Origin: Thalia democratica
Taxonomy: Eukaryota
DNA length: 64,000 bases
Assembly: GCA_965202585.1 (NCBI GenBank)
Contig: OZ241827.1
Span: 22,444,001 to 22,508,000, forward strand
Direction of reading: 5' to 3'
The notes beneath the pieces were generated by a model that worked only from the letters and a program-made list of their open reading frames with translations, had not been told where the DNA came from and made no database searches. Position numbers and translations under genes: made by a program. Shown here in pieces: positions 13,015 to 26,600 of the stretch. The number at the start of each line of letters is the position of its first letter. Position 1 is the stretch's first letter.

Positions 13015-15020
13015 GGCGATAATTAATTTACTTTCTGTCGCGGTGACGGACCTCGGCGGAAAGCGAAAACGGGCTCAACCGTGTTTAGCAGAAGCGCGCT
13101 GTGTAAACACCGAAAGCTGAGCGCCGCGTTGTGCGAAAAACCGCAGCCCTCTTCATGTTTGTTTGCGAAAGGAACCGCAACCGACAGCACACCGAGCGAC
13201 AATCACCGCCCCTCACTGCTTTCAACAGCATTTTTCTTCTTTTAAACAGAAAACCAGCGACGGCCTCTAACGAGCTGGCAATTAGCGAGTTGAAGAAATT
13301 AGCGTTGTGTGTGGTGGCTGGCTGTGAAAGCGACTTTGCCGATCGCGTGCCTTGAGGTTGGCAGATAAGGAGGCGAGGTCGGCGACAGATTGATTTTCTG
13401 AACAGGCGACAGTTTTCGGCATACCGTTTGTCTGTCTCGATTTTTTTTTTGTCGCCTTCATGATAATTTTCGCCGACACGCTGGTTTTTCATTAAAAGAT
13501 AGCGCTGACGGATGCTGCGTGTATGGAAAGTGAATGGAAAGCTTTCCACAAGCTTGTATGAGGTTTTTTGGGCTAGATAACTCTACAATATACTTCAAAA
13601 AATATCAAGTTTTTTAAAAGTGTTTTATTCCAAATATCATTATTGAGAACGAAAGTAATTAAAAGTCAACCAAAATTACAAATTTCTTACTATACAAGCC
13701 TTTGAAATCTATTCTTAGCGCAATTGAGAAACCAAGCTATCAAAAAAGTGCGGATGGCTTCTGCCAGAACTCAAAACGCCCATCAGGGATTTTGACTGCG
13801 TGAAAGAAACCAACCTCCAAATGCAAAACAAGATCACTAAGTTCCTCGCTGCCAGCAAAACGAGCCTTCTGAAAGCCTCGCCGCTAGTTCGGCGCCTTTA
13901 ATTAGCGGCATGTGAGGAGCTGACTTTGCTTGGAAGCCAACTGAACGTATATAAAAAGAAGGCTCGAGTTCAAAATAAAGTCGATGCCCGTCATTCGCGC
14001 ACACACGAGAGGCCCTTGCCTAATTTCGCTGCCTTCTTATCGCTGAGATTATCCCCCCTTTCGCGTTTCGTTCACTCGCAAGCTGTCTTGTCACTTGAAA
14101 CAGGAAAAGGCAGCTAGCTGCTGAGATAACGAGTTTCGCTGTGTGTGTGACGGCGCTTCAAAAAAGGGGGGCAGGTTTTGAAGGGTCGCTCCTCTAATGA
14201 AATCTCGCTGGTGGCTGTTGTGTAAGATAAGCTTTTTGTCGTTGAGGTTTGAAGAGGCCGCAGTTCAACAGCCCATTGAAAACTTTTCACGGTGTTGCTT
14301 AAAACGGTGGAATTTTCTTACTTTTTACAGTAAATTTTCCTGTATATTATTCTTTATTTCGTATATTCGTTCGCTGTTAGCTAGAATTTTTAAGTGTATA
14401 TTTGAAGTTAGTATTATTTTATATTGAAGTACTTATTAAAAATTTAAAATGGTTGTTTGTTGATGAACATGATTGCCTTACTAAAGTCATAGATAACAAC
14501 ATCGTATTTAGTTGTTAGTTCGGACTTTTAGATTAAAACTCATTAAATTTTTTTTTTTTTAATAACCAGCACTAATATAAAATAAATGTATGCAAAGATG
14601 TTGATTAAGTTTGTTATTACCTAAATGAAAGTTTTTCAATTCTATCATAAAAACTACTTGCAACTTTAAGATCAGTTATTTATGAGTATAGTGTTATTAG
14701 TTTGTACATTAAAAAAAAACTACTAAATGAATTTATATTGTGAACAGTGTGGCTAGTATTTATTGAACGAGTACATCGAACATCAACAATTTAGTGTGGG
14801 TTTTAGTAGGGTTTCGTATTGACTATTTCAAACCCTATAATTAAACTTAGTAAAAACTTAATCTATTGCTTTCAAACTTGTGTTCATGCAATTGTTTTAA
14901 TAAACAGTTGACAATTTACCTTACAAATCTAAACGTAAACTTCTAAACGACAGCAAATGCTTTGAAACATAAAACTAAAACACTATGAACTAAAACTTAT
15001 CAAACCAGCAAACGGCTCAC

Positions 15021-15513
15021 CAACCGCCAACGAAAACAGAATCTCGATTCTCGAAACTTCGACGAGCTTCCAAAGCTGCCTCCTCGCTTTGCTTCTGCTG
15101 CACAACGAAAGCGCTTCTGCTCGTCGACGGCCGCCGAACGCACTTCTTTCCGCCGCTCGGCTCTCTCCGCGTCGTCGCCGCGCGCGTTAGCAAATTTTTA
15201 ATCGCCGCCGCTGCTGCTCGAAAGCGAAAAGAGAGAGAGGCGCGGAGGCGAAGCATCGATCAGATCACACACGACCCTCAAAGCGCGCCGCCACCCCCAC
15301 GCATCGCCCGTGTGACCGAAAAGCGACTGCCGCGCAACGAGGGGTCGTAATCGTGGGGGGGGGGGGGGACACAGGAAGCAATAACCTCGCAGTGTGTGCT
15401 GCGCGGGGAGAAATTTTCTTTTATCGTTGACTTTTGTTAGCTTTTTGTGCTTCGGCCGACGTCGCGTTTGCAATAAGTGGTTTTTCTCGGTGAGTTGTTT
15501 TGGAAAGTGAAGG
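15021..15513. promoter_or_regulatory. GC/CpG-rich candidate promoter and non-coding first exon(s)
   Basis: CpG-rich island with a minus-strand donor TTG|GTGAGC at 15020 and plus-strand donors CG|GTGAGT (15490) and AAG|GTAAGT (15513). A matching minus-strand acceptor TTTCAG| lies at 12349, upstream of the SAMD11-like ATG. Confidence 0.4.
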
Positions 15514-16415
15514 TAAGTCTGCGGTAGTGTTTAGTTTTGAAGCCTTAAAACTTTTTAAGTTAGTTCGTCAATTCGAAAAAAAAATTTTTAAACTCATTTA
15601 AGGTTTTTCTTTAGTTTTTTTTTAGTTTATGTTTGTAAAATTTTGTATAAGTTTTAAAAATCTAATCCAGTCGTCGAAAAAAACTGAAAAAAATGCAAAC
15701 GAACTAAAAAGCGCTGTGGCTAAAGTTTCACCGTTCGGCCATCTGCTTTTGTGACGTCACAACACACGGCCCGAGCTCTAATTCTTTTCGGTGGAAAACA
15801 ACAACCGGTCGCGCGCTCGTGGAAAACATCGCGCATAAATCAAACTAAAGCCTCGCTGGGATTTGGCGTTCTGATTTCGAGCGGGAAACATTTCCCGGGG
15901 GACGGGTAAACCGCTAACCTGCGGCATATTCAGTTACATGATGATACGCTACCTTTTATTAGCGCTTCAAAGATAGCATGCTGAATATAATTTCGAACAC
16001 AAAATTTGGTGCTAATTAAACCGCGAGATCGTTCGGTTTCGCGCGCAGTCGGTAAACTGAACGAAATCGCGTGTGAAACTGAGTAGGACGTAATGGAGAG
16101 AGTAGCGGTGTAAGAAGGACTTTGAGAAAATCGAATTACGATTCCCTCACGGCCGCTCTGGTTAGCTTACTGGTTTTAAGTGCGCTTCTGTGCCAAGATA
16201 TTTCAGTTTTGATATTATGTTAGCAGCACACTGCAGTATTCTTGAAGCGGCTTGAAGTTGTTTAAATGAGCTTTTGCGCTACTGCGGGTTTTTATGTGTT
16301 TACTACTTTGCCACGAATTGTTTTACCAGCGAACTTTTTGCAAGTACATACTTTGATCACTAACTCATAAGTTGTGTTATATAGGTTAGAAATAAGCTTT
16401 TTTTTTTGTTTAAAC

Positions 16416-16786
16416 CGGTAATTTTCAAAATGTGCCATATGCCTACAAAAGGGCTAAAGGAGGGGGTCATGAGCACTAACTTAAACTAGAAATTCTAAAG
16501 TTGATAATGAAGATCAAGCGAAACGTCTTAAGCGTATTTAAGGGTAGTTTAGAAACTTAAACTAGATGTTATAAAATGTTTTAGAAACTCAGGAAGTCAT
16601 AAGCAGGGAGAATTGCGATCCCATAATTTAAATGTTACACTAAATATTCTAGAGTTAATGATGAAGACCATAAAAAAGGTCTCAGGCGTTTATAGTGGTA
16701 GTATTTTGAGAAATTTAGTCGAAGGGAGCTATAGATTTTTTATTTCTTTAACGAAGGCCTTCTGAAAAAAAGTTTGGGAAACTCTG
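16416..16786. mobile_element. Non-autonomous hAT (Charlie/Buster-like) MITE
   Basis: Right end AAAAAGTTTGGGAAACTCTG, left end CGGTAATTTTCAAAATGTG. The 8-bp flanks GTTTAAAC and GTATAAAC match at 7/8. Confidence 0.55.
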
Positions 16787-17097
16787 GTATAAACTAAGAA
16801 ATATCTTAGGTTGGAAATTTTGCGTCTACTTTAGTAATAAAAATCATGACGACTTACATCCAAACCAAAAATTAGTTTTTACTTTATTAAAACGTATAAA
16901 ACGCACAAAGTTTTATAAATTATAACTATAATCTAAACTAGTTAGTGTTATAACTAACGTTATAAAACACATACAAAATGTTACAACAACTTATAAGTAG
17001 AAATAAAACAAAAGTATATGCGATTAAGTTGACGACCAGAGAGTACTGTTAAATGTTTGATTAACTCCTGATAACTTTACACTAAATCAAACATTTG

Positions 17098-17595
17098 CTA
17101 ACAAGTTGAGCATGCATCCTCGCAGTGCTTTTTGCATTCACTTTTCGAAACTGCTAACTGTGCGAACTCGATTATGGCAAACGAGTTCTTTTCTTGCGCG
17201 TCGTAATAAACGCTCAGTCCGTTTATTACGCCAAAACGGGCGTACAAATTCATTAAATCTTCAGCGATTAAATTCCAACAGTCAAAACGGTCCAAGTCAA
17301 CTTTAATGTGCAGGTTGTCGGGACGGAGTTCACGGCTTTCGACTTTGTTAAAATTACCAGCTGCAGCGTCAGTCAGCTCTGCTTGAAAGCGTTCTCCCTC
17401 GACGTCGACGAAAGCGACCCGGCTGGCGACCAGCGGGTCCTCAAACTCGACCATCGCGTCGCCTTCAAATCCCAGTTCGTCGTTGAAGTAGTGCAGCTCG
17501 ACGCTCCTCACCGTGCCGTGATACTTGACACTCTCCAGGATCGATTTGGGGCGGAGGAAGGGGGACAGTCCGTTAATGGTGACAGTGGTTTGCAT
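17098..17595 (-). CDS. Intronless protein with two divergent RRM-like domains (165 aa)
   Basis: TVTINGL...EGDAMVEFED is RNP2/RNP1-like. The second module is DLMNLYARFGVI...SFAIIEF. GC-rich coding sequence with an acceptor TTTTTTTCAG| 9 nt before the ATG. Confidence 0.7.
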   Translation of the reverse strand: MQTTVTINGLSPFLRPKSILESVKYHGTVRSVELHYFNDELGFEGDAMVEFEDPLVASRVAFVDVEGERFQAELTDAAAGNFNKVESRELRPDNLHIKVDLDRFDCWNLIAEDLMNLYARFGVINGLSVYYDAQEKNSFAIIEFAQLAVSKSECKKHCEDACSTC

Positions 17596-18798
17596 TGTGA
17601 TTGGCTGAAAAAAAAATAATGTAAATTTTTTGTATACAGGCTTGTTGTAAGATGCTTTAACAAAAATGTACTTTTACTTGTTTATTCAAGTAAGTTTATA
17701 TAGTAATAGTTTGAGGAGTTTTGTAACTTTTAAACTTTTAATGATTAAATAGTTTTGTATGTGTTTAATAAGGCTAACATATTTTGACAAAACAACAAAC
17801 ATACATGCTTAATTGCTGAGATTTTGTTTAAATATATCTATTTTAGCTTAAATACTTCTTCAATAATTAATATGCTTCGAAATTAAAACATAAAACTTTT
17901 AAAGTGATTGATTTAACATTGAAGCTCTAATCAAACAAAACTTGAGGTAAACAACTTAAACGAGTGATTATTAATTTGTGTCAATAGATACAAATATTCG
18001 AAAAATGATTGTTTTCTATACATAGTTGTGCATGAAAGTATCAAATTCTAATCTAATTAAAACGCTTTGCAACTAATTTCAGTATGTTAAAAGCATAAAT
18101 TTGATTACAAAGTGAGATATAACTAATCAAAAAGCAAAACAACCGGCATAACAAGGTTAAAAGTGTACATTTTTTAAGAAAAGAATGAACTTTTTATATG
18201 TGATTAATACAATACTTGCATATACTAAAAAAGTAGTGTTATTCAAACTTGTACAAAACAATCTTAAAGATATAAATTGTTAAAATTGTTTTTATACATT
18301 GACTTTTTTCGTTTTAAAACTTATTAAATACCATACAATATATTGTCTTAAAGAGCCAGTAGTTTCAGAAAAGTATTAAACATATAATAAGCTGTTTATA
18401 AAGTAAAGGTTTAGTACGTTCAAGATTAAGCTTTAGTTTTACTTTTTTTTGTTTAGAGAACTGCCGTATATTTCTAGCATTTTACAAAACAACTTTTATC
18501 TTCCGTAAAACTGTAAAATTCTTGTAGTTTAGTTAGAAATTAAAGATATATTATCTGCTTCACTTAGCCAAGTAAATTCGCTACGTTTCAAGATTTTATT
18601 TAAATTTAAGTAACTCTAGGTGATAATAAATTTATTGTATTTTAGTTAGTTTATGTAATAAAATATAAATAAGCAGATTAATTATTAAAAGTTTGAGTTA
18701 GTACTCTTTTTAAAAATTTATATAAAAGATTTAAAAGATCTAATATAATGTCAAAGTTTTAATATGTAGATAAATAGATTTTTACATATAGTGTACAC

Positions 18799-18996
18799 CA
18801 GGGTTTCCTAAACTTTTTAAAAAAAACCCTTTTAAAGAAATTTAAAAAATTACAGCCCTCTGCAACAAGATTTCTCAAAAACTACCATTAAAACTACCTT
18901 AAATCTTTTATATTGCTCTTCGTCATAAACTCCAGAATACCTACTGTAAGTTTCAAAGTATGACGTCATGCCCCCCTCTTTGGACCATAAATCCTG
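18799..18996. mobile_element. hAT MITE, 198 bp
   Basis: Termini CAGGGTTT...AAATCCTG, flanked by a perfect 8-bp TSD GTGTACAC (18791-18798 and 18997-19004). Confidence 0.75.
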
Positions 18997-19032
18997 GTGT
19001 ACACTGTAATCGCATTTAACTTATTTAATTTA

Positions 19033-19243
19033 TCAACGGGTACTGAAAGCCCTGACTGCATCGCTCTGGTCCAAGTCCGTCCTCCACTTTTTCCGGTCGC
19101 AACCGTGGCAACAGACGCACATCAACACGGTTACTATGGTAACAAAGAAAACTGCCAAGGTCAGAAACATGCTGGCGCGCTTGTTGCAAAAATTTGCGGC
19201 GCACTGGCGAGAGCAAATATTTTTTCCGCTTGAAGTCGCACTT
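19033..19243 (-). pseudogene. Truncated paralog of the Shisa-like gene at 46234-46839
   Basis: Translates as SATSSGKNICSRQCAANFC-NKRASMFLTLAVFFVTIVTVLMCVCCHGCDRKKWRTDLDQSDAVRAFSTR*. It has an in-frame deletion of about 69 nt, an early stop and a decayed 5' part with no signal peptide. Confidence 0.8.
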
Positions 19244-20612
19244 CTGTAAAAGACTAACCGGCAAAAGCTGCGGTTGGTAAGTTAAAAACTTGCGGCATAA
19301 ATTTGATTTAGATGAAAAGTTTTCCAGCAGTTATAAAATTAATTTTACAGAAGTTTTGACAAAAATTTAGCTAAGAACTTATGCCATCAACCATAGCTAA
19401 CAAAAAAAAATATTAAATTTTAAGGATATGATTGAGATTTTATTTAAGACTTAAACTCACTACTATACAATTGCGAGTTCACAAACCGACGTAATCTTAA
19501 ATACTGAGTTGTATAAAAGTCAAAGTAAGTTCTCTTTTTATTTTTATTTTAAAGAAGTTTGAGTTAGTACTCTTTTTATAACCTCATATAAAAATTTTTA
19601 AAGTTCTAATATTATGTCAAAGTTATAATGCTTTTATGAGAATAAATAAAAACATATATTATATGAGACTATATAATATATTTAGTGTTAATTACATATA
19701 AAACTCCTAGACAACGTTTGAAAGTTTAAAAAAACCTGCGTAATTTAATGGCCTTCAAGTTCTCAAACACTTTATTTGGGTATACAGCAAACATTAAATA
19801 TAAAACTAACTAAAGTTAAAGTATATAGTATAAAGAAAATCTTAAAAAAACTTAACTTTAGCTTATAGCTTTTTTTCTACATAAAATTTGTTTTTTTATT
19901 TAGTTAGATTTAATATATTTTTACTCTGACACAAAAAACAAGTTAATGTTTATACAAATTAGGTTGTTCGAAAGTTTAAATGAAAAACACAACAGTATAG
20001 AAAAATATTTGTTAAAACTTTAAACAATTACTTTTTTTTCACTATATCATTTAATTTGTTTTTAGAATACTCCTAAAAATTATAAATTTGTTAATAAATT
20101 CTACTGCATTTTTACAGTTAAGAACAAGTAATTTATAAAAGTGTTTGGAGAATTAACGCTCAAAAATATTTAAGTTTAATCAGAGGAAGTGCTTTTTTTA
20201 TAGGTAACATATTAAACTTAAAGTTCGTAAAAGTTTATTGAAAAATACATTTTGTGAGAAAAACTTGTAAAAATTAAGTTTAATTTTAAACGATACACTA
20301 CGCTTTCTGGTATAAAATGATCAAACGTGTTTTCTTTTTATGTAAGTAATAACACGATCAAATAACCATGCAAACTTTAAAATTCAGCCCTGCCGCAATT
20401 TTGATTTAAAACTTATAATGCTTTAAAAAAATTGTACAAACATGGTAGTTGTCATTTAAAACTACCCAATAGCAGAGATTGAGATTATGGTGCATCAAAA
20501 TTAATGTTTCACAATCTATCAACAACTTAATGTTTAACAAATTAAAAAAAAGAAAAACAATTTTTCTACGCTAAAAATATTTGAAAACTACAAGCGACTT
20601 CCGCTTATTTGA

Positions 20613-23600
20613 CTATTTTTTTTTTACAACAACGTTTTTGTTTTGAGCCTCTTTACTTTTTTGACGCATTCCAACGTTCAGTTTTTGTTTACGTATCAGT
20701 GTCAAACTTTTAGCTTGCTTTTTGGCACACGTCATCCATCCTATTAGAACCCTGTTTGATCCATTTATATGAGTATTGTTCTGATAATCAAATATTTTCG
20801 ACAAGTAGTAGTTCATATAATTAAAATCAAAAAGGTCTCTATTATAAACAGTGAATATTGTTTTTACTTAATTTTACTGTGTATTTGATGCTACAAAGGT
20901 AAATACAGTTGAAATAACTGTACATTTTATATTTATAAATTTAGTTACACGTCAAATAAATCTTTAAAAAAGCAACTAAAGTTTAAATATACACACAAAA
21001 TGTTACTTATCAAAATTTTATTGCGGTTATATTGGTATCAGTTTTTAAAACTTAAAACAGTAATTAATTTCACTAAAAGAGTTTTCACTTAAGTTCTTCA
21101 AAAAAATCATAGAATATCTTACCTATCGAATTTTGAGTAAATGATAGGGTTTATAGCACTTTGTATTGGTATGAGTACAATTAGTGTGAGATTATGAGCT
21201 AAATCGTGTAATGCTTCGCTGGAATTTGTTCTTGTCAACACAAAGAATATATAGACTGGAATCCAGCACAGTTTGTCGACCAGTGTTATTATCAAAATTC
21301 GTAGCCTTGATAAAAATAAAGTTAGTTAATGTTAGCCTTAAAAGTCTTCTTTTTATACTATACTATTTTAACGTAAACTTTTATCAAAACAAAAGTAAGT
21401 TTTAGTTAAACAAACATTAACGAAGAACAAATTAAACTTTTAATTTTTATCGCAATAATGAAATAAAGTGTATTTATGCACTTCAACGCATTAACTCATT
21501 TTTATTTTCACAAACTTAACCCTTTGTTTACTTAGCATTTAGAGCAACTTTTGTTTTTATCTTGATAATTTAAAGCACTAAACATTTGTAGATAAAAAGT
21601 AAAAAAACATATAGTAAGACAAAGGCACCTACTTAGTTTTGAGAAATTTAACAAAAAAAAAAATTTAATACTTATAAAGCTTGCATGCGAAAGAAAGATA
21701 ATATCAAAAGAAAATAAATCATCCAATTTAAATATAGGTTTATCATATTGAGAATAGATTTAAAAAAAAACAATAAAATTTTAAAAACTGTTAGAAATAG
21801 AGTGCATACCTCAAAGCATTTGCTCGTTTTTCTTGCATTTCGTTTAAACTTCTATTTTCATTCAATAAACGGCTACTTTTAGACCTTCGGTAAATTGAAA
21901 AGTAGCAAAAGATGATGACAGTCATCACAATGAGATTGTAGGTCAACGTGATTGTAGAAAAGTACATGTTGGGTGCTTCTTGCGCGTACAAATCAGGAAA
22001 ACAAACGCTTGTTGCTCCATAGTAGCCTATAATGTTCTTTATTTCCAACTGCCTTTGAGGAAAACGGTTTGAAGATTGACTTGTTTCAAAAAAGAAGTCA
22101 TTAAGATCTGCTCTAGACATATTGCCATAGTTTTTGATTGAGTTTAAAGCGAATTCAATTGTCTTTGATTTGTAATCTTTAATAACACTTTTATTGGCCA
22201 CTCTGTTTGAAAAGAATCTTGTCTTTTTTATAACATAATCTTCTGCAAAAACGTCTTTTAAAGCTATCGGCACAATGGCAAAACAAATGGACAAGAACCA
22301 CATGAAAAATATGAAAGCGTAACACATTGGCAAGCTCAACTTGTTAACGTTGAAAGGATTTAGCGAAGTGTAAGTCCTGTACAAGGTCAGCAGCAGAATG
22401 AAGTTTAGAGAGGCCTGTGACGAAACAGTCACCAGAATTCCGGCCCAAGTACAACCGTAACTCGCCCGCCATTCGGGATTTTTCTCACAAAAATTTTCAG
22501 AGTACTCTGTTGACTTGAAGGCGACTATCATGAGGGCGATTCCCATCGCAAAATCTGCAACAGCCAAGTTTGTCACCAGCAGTCTGTTGAAGTAGGTGAC
22601 AGTGTGTTTGTGACTCGCACTGCTTTTCGAAGACTTGCGCAGGTAGTTTGCTATCACGCAAAAATTGCAGAAAATTGTTAAAAAACCGTTGATGTAAATG
22701 AGAATTTTCAAAAACGTGTACTTTATCAGTTCTCTAGAGTCAGAAAAGGCAGTAATTTCGCACTCATCCTTTCCGTTATTACATTGAATAGTTCCGTCGA
22801 ACTTCGATAAATTTTCCAATGTTTTATTCTTGCTGCAAACTACTATATCTTCATCGTTCTTGCAACCAAGCTCGTCTTTGTTATTTGAACAATCACGTAT
22901 GCCATTACACCTTTTCTCAGCACTCAAGCTAGTTTTATCTGGATTACTAAGATCAGTAGAACTCTCGAAAAAATTATACATAAAATTAACCTTATCTAGG
23001 TCATCACAGTAAAACCTCCAAGGGCAGTGCTCTTCTAGTTCATCAAAGTTTTCATTGCACAAATTTAAACCGTCGCACATATAGTCTTCTCGTGGTAATA
23101 AATCCGTGATATTAAGGTGGTACAAACCTTCGCACGTGCTGTTGAAACTTTTTCCATAGCACATTGACAACTGGTTTTGATAAATCGATGAGTTTCTCAG
23201 TCGCAATTCGTGCAAACAGTCGTAGTAGCATTCGTCGTCTTTGTAAAAGCAGTCGATAACACCGTCGCAAAGCTGCTCTTTTTTAATTTTTACAAGGGTG
23301 TTGTACTCATAAATGTCTGGTTTGGTCAAACAACTGTTAATTGTTTTTATTTTTAAGCAATTATAAAACTTTAAAATAGCGAAACTTTATTAAATGCTTA
23401 TTAAACTTTAAAACAATTATGTATATAAAATAAAAATATTAAAAGAATAAACAAAAGCTTGTGTTTTTTTATAAATAGTCCGATCATTTATCTACTCTTG
23501 TTTTGATGTTGTTAATCAGCTCTAGTAGAAAATTGGAACTCACGTATATTGCTGATTTGTTCTACAGAATTTTTCATCAAACTCCGAATCTACAACCTGG

Positions 23601-26600
23601 TTGCAGAACAATGAAAGATCCAATTTATCCCTCATCTCACAAACTTTATTTATCTCAGCCGTATTACTGTCACACAAACACTCGTCTGAAAGATCCGGGC
23701 AGTCAAACAACCCGTCGCAATTAAACTTGGGGTTTATAATCGTTTTGTTGTCAAGGCAACGCGAACACATGAATTTGCCCTTTGAATCGTAACATACATC
23801 GGAGCGGTCGGCACAAACAGATATGTTGTTAAGCAAGTAGAACATCGGTACTAAGACTTGGATATTGGTACTAATATGATACTTTTCATTGACTGCACAT
23901 CTAAAACCAAAAATCTGTCTCGTGTGATAGTCAGAAGAATCGTTGCAATATGAAGCAAGACCTTGGTAAAATGTAAAAGTCCAGGGTATGTACATCGATG
24001 GTTCGTCAATCAGGCACTTGTACAAAGTTGGCGTCTTGCATACATTTTCTCCTACTTCGTCGCTTGCATCCAAGCAATGCTGGATTCCATCGCATAAGTA
24101 GCTCGATGGTAAACACCTCGACCCATTGTCACAAGAAAATTCTTTACAGTCGGCGATAATTAACGACCTGTAATTGGATAAGGATGAAAACTAATGATAT
24201 ACATTTTTACTAAAGATCTTTAAATACATCATAGTTTATATTTTCAAGCAATTGAAATGAGATATAGTACTTTGTTTTTCGAGGATTTAAATTAATAATT
24301 AAAAGATTTTAAAGTAAACACATCTAAAAAATAACTTAGAATGCGGCAAAGTGTTTATTTCTCTTTAAATAGGTATAATAAGATATACAAGTTTCTATGT
24401 TGAACAACAAGTAAAAACAGTTAAAATTTCTTACCTGTTTTCATCGTTACCTGAGGAGCAATCTTGCAAGTTATTATTGACCCACGAAATGGGTATGCAC
24501 CTTTCAAATACGTCATTTTTACAATTGAATTCTCCTATTTTACACTCGAAACCTATTTTACTCTCATCCGCTCCTGAGGAACAGTCAGGAAATCCATCAT
24601 TAACTCGATACCTGTGCAAGCATCTACCTGAAGGACAAGCGAACTCAGAAGAAAAGCAAAAGGGCAAAGGAGATTTCTCATCACTAAAATCTGAGCAATC
24701 TAGTTGGTTATCAAGAACCCATTCTCTGGGAATGCACCTTTTGGTGTCGTCTTTACATTCGAACTCTGTTGCTATATCGCATGTTATTTTAGGAATTTTC
24801 TGTATTTTGTTGTATTTGTCACTTATGTTTATTATAATTAAAGTTAAGCTGAAAAGTAGGTGACAAAAAATTTAAATCAAGCGTTTTATAAAACTTAAAA
24901 TTCGAAAAAATTATATTTTTTTGACAGAAAAAGTTTAAACTGTAAATATAATCTTATTGTGTAAGATATTTTTAAATTAATTATCACAAAAATATTTACA
25001 TTATAATTTGTTTAAAACATATGGTTCGGAGTGACTTTTGTACGGTATAGGTTTAGCACGGTTTTAAACTTAGTTTCAGCCAGCCCTTACCCTGAACCTA
25101 ACGATAACTTTAACCCTAACGCTAACCCTGACCCTTAATCAACTCAGACCCTAACCCTGAATAAACACAACTCTATTCTCTGGGAATGCACCTTTTGATG
25201 TCGTCTTTACATTCGAACTCTGTTGCGTTATCGCAGATTATTTTTGGAAGTTCCTGTGTTTTCGGAAATGCTGTTGTGTTACATTTTCATCTTTCAAAGT
25301 TAAAAGTAGGCTGAAAATTTAGACTAAAAAGCTTTTACTATAAAACGTATAATATAAACGAGTTTGTTTAGTAATACTAAGCTCATTTTAAAAGGGTATT
25401 TTTGAAAGAATCAATGAAATGAGAAATAATTACTTTTTATTTGTTTACACTATACAGCTTTAATAAAATAAACTTTTAGTTGATAATGAAAAGTAATTAA
25501 TTTTTATTAAAGATATTTTGTTATTTGCAGTTTTTATCGCATGAGTAGTCTTTATCAGCTCTTATTTTAATTTAAAAATAAACTTTTGCAAACCTCATTC
25601 AAAAATATTAACCAGTTTTAATATTTATGTAGTTTAAGTTAGTATTTATAAAAACGAATGCTACAAACTTGTATATGGAAATTTTTTACATAAATTTCGA
25701 CTTAAGTTGAAAACTACATTCAAAGTTGTTTTTGATGTTGTATGAAAATTTTATGTAATTAACATTATTATTTAAGCAATTGAGCTTTTAAACCTATAGA
25801 TATATTTTAGATGACAATATATATAGTATAATGTTAGAATTAAATTATCAAAAAAGTAACAAAACACTTAAGGTCATTTAAAAAATATTTACCAAAGACT
25901 TATAATCATCAATTTAGCTAACCCCATTGAGTCCACATTTAATAATTTCATTATATTTACCAACATAGTTTCTAGGATAACAATGATTTACTCCATCTTT
26001 TTTGCATGAAACTTCTTTACTTTCGTCACATTTCAAATATCTTTCGTGTACACAATACTTTGTCATATTATACTTTGATGAAAACATTTTTGACAAACCA
26101 AAGTCATTTCTAATAAAAGTATATATTTTTTACTTTTAAGCTGAGTTTTACTGTTATCAAATTTCTAAATTGTTTTTAAACTTTTTTTTTTTTGTGTCTA
26201 TTTAATGATAGCTTACTATCTTTTAAGCGTTAGTTTCTTTATAAAACGGTTTATAATTACTTCTTAATATTTGTTATCTAAAATAATATTATATCTGTTG
26301 ACTCAACTGCTTTGTTAACTAATCAACAAAGTCGGTTAAAAAAGCATTTTTGTTAGCTAAAACTGTCTACTTAGAATTAACCTTTTAAAAATTGTTTAGA
26401 CTTTTTAGACTTTCAAACAAACTTAACGCCTTTTATAATAAATAAAATGTAAGTAAAACTTAACATGTACTCATCCACCAAACAAGGAAGATCAAAGTCA
26501 CTCGGTTTCAAACCAGAAATTCCACATCTTTTTGCGTTTGCTGAGGCAAATGACCTCGTAACACAAATTTCTACAGTGATATTTTGAACTTCTATTCTAC

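Noticed and set aside
15355-15369. Poly-G run as a G-quadruplex element
   Set aside because: A single homopolymer tract, prone to sequencing error, with no further support.
12893-15473. ORFs 13085-13549, 15017-15256 and neighbours
   Set aside because: Low-complexity translations of CpG-rich regulatory or UTR sequence.
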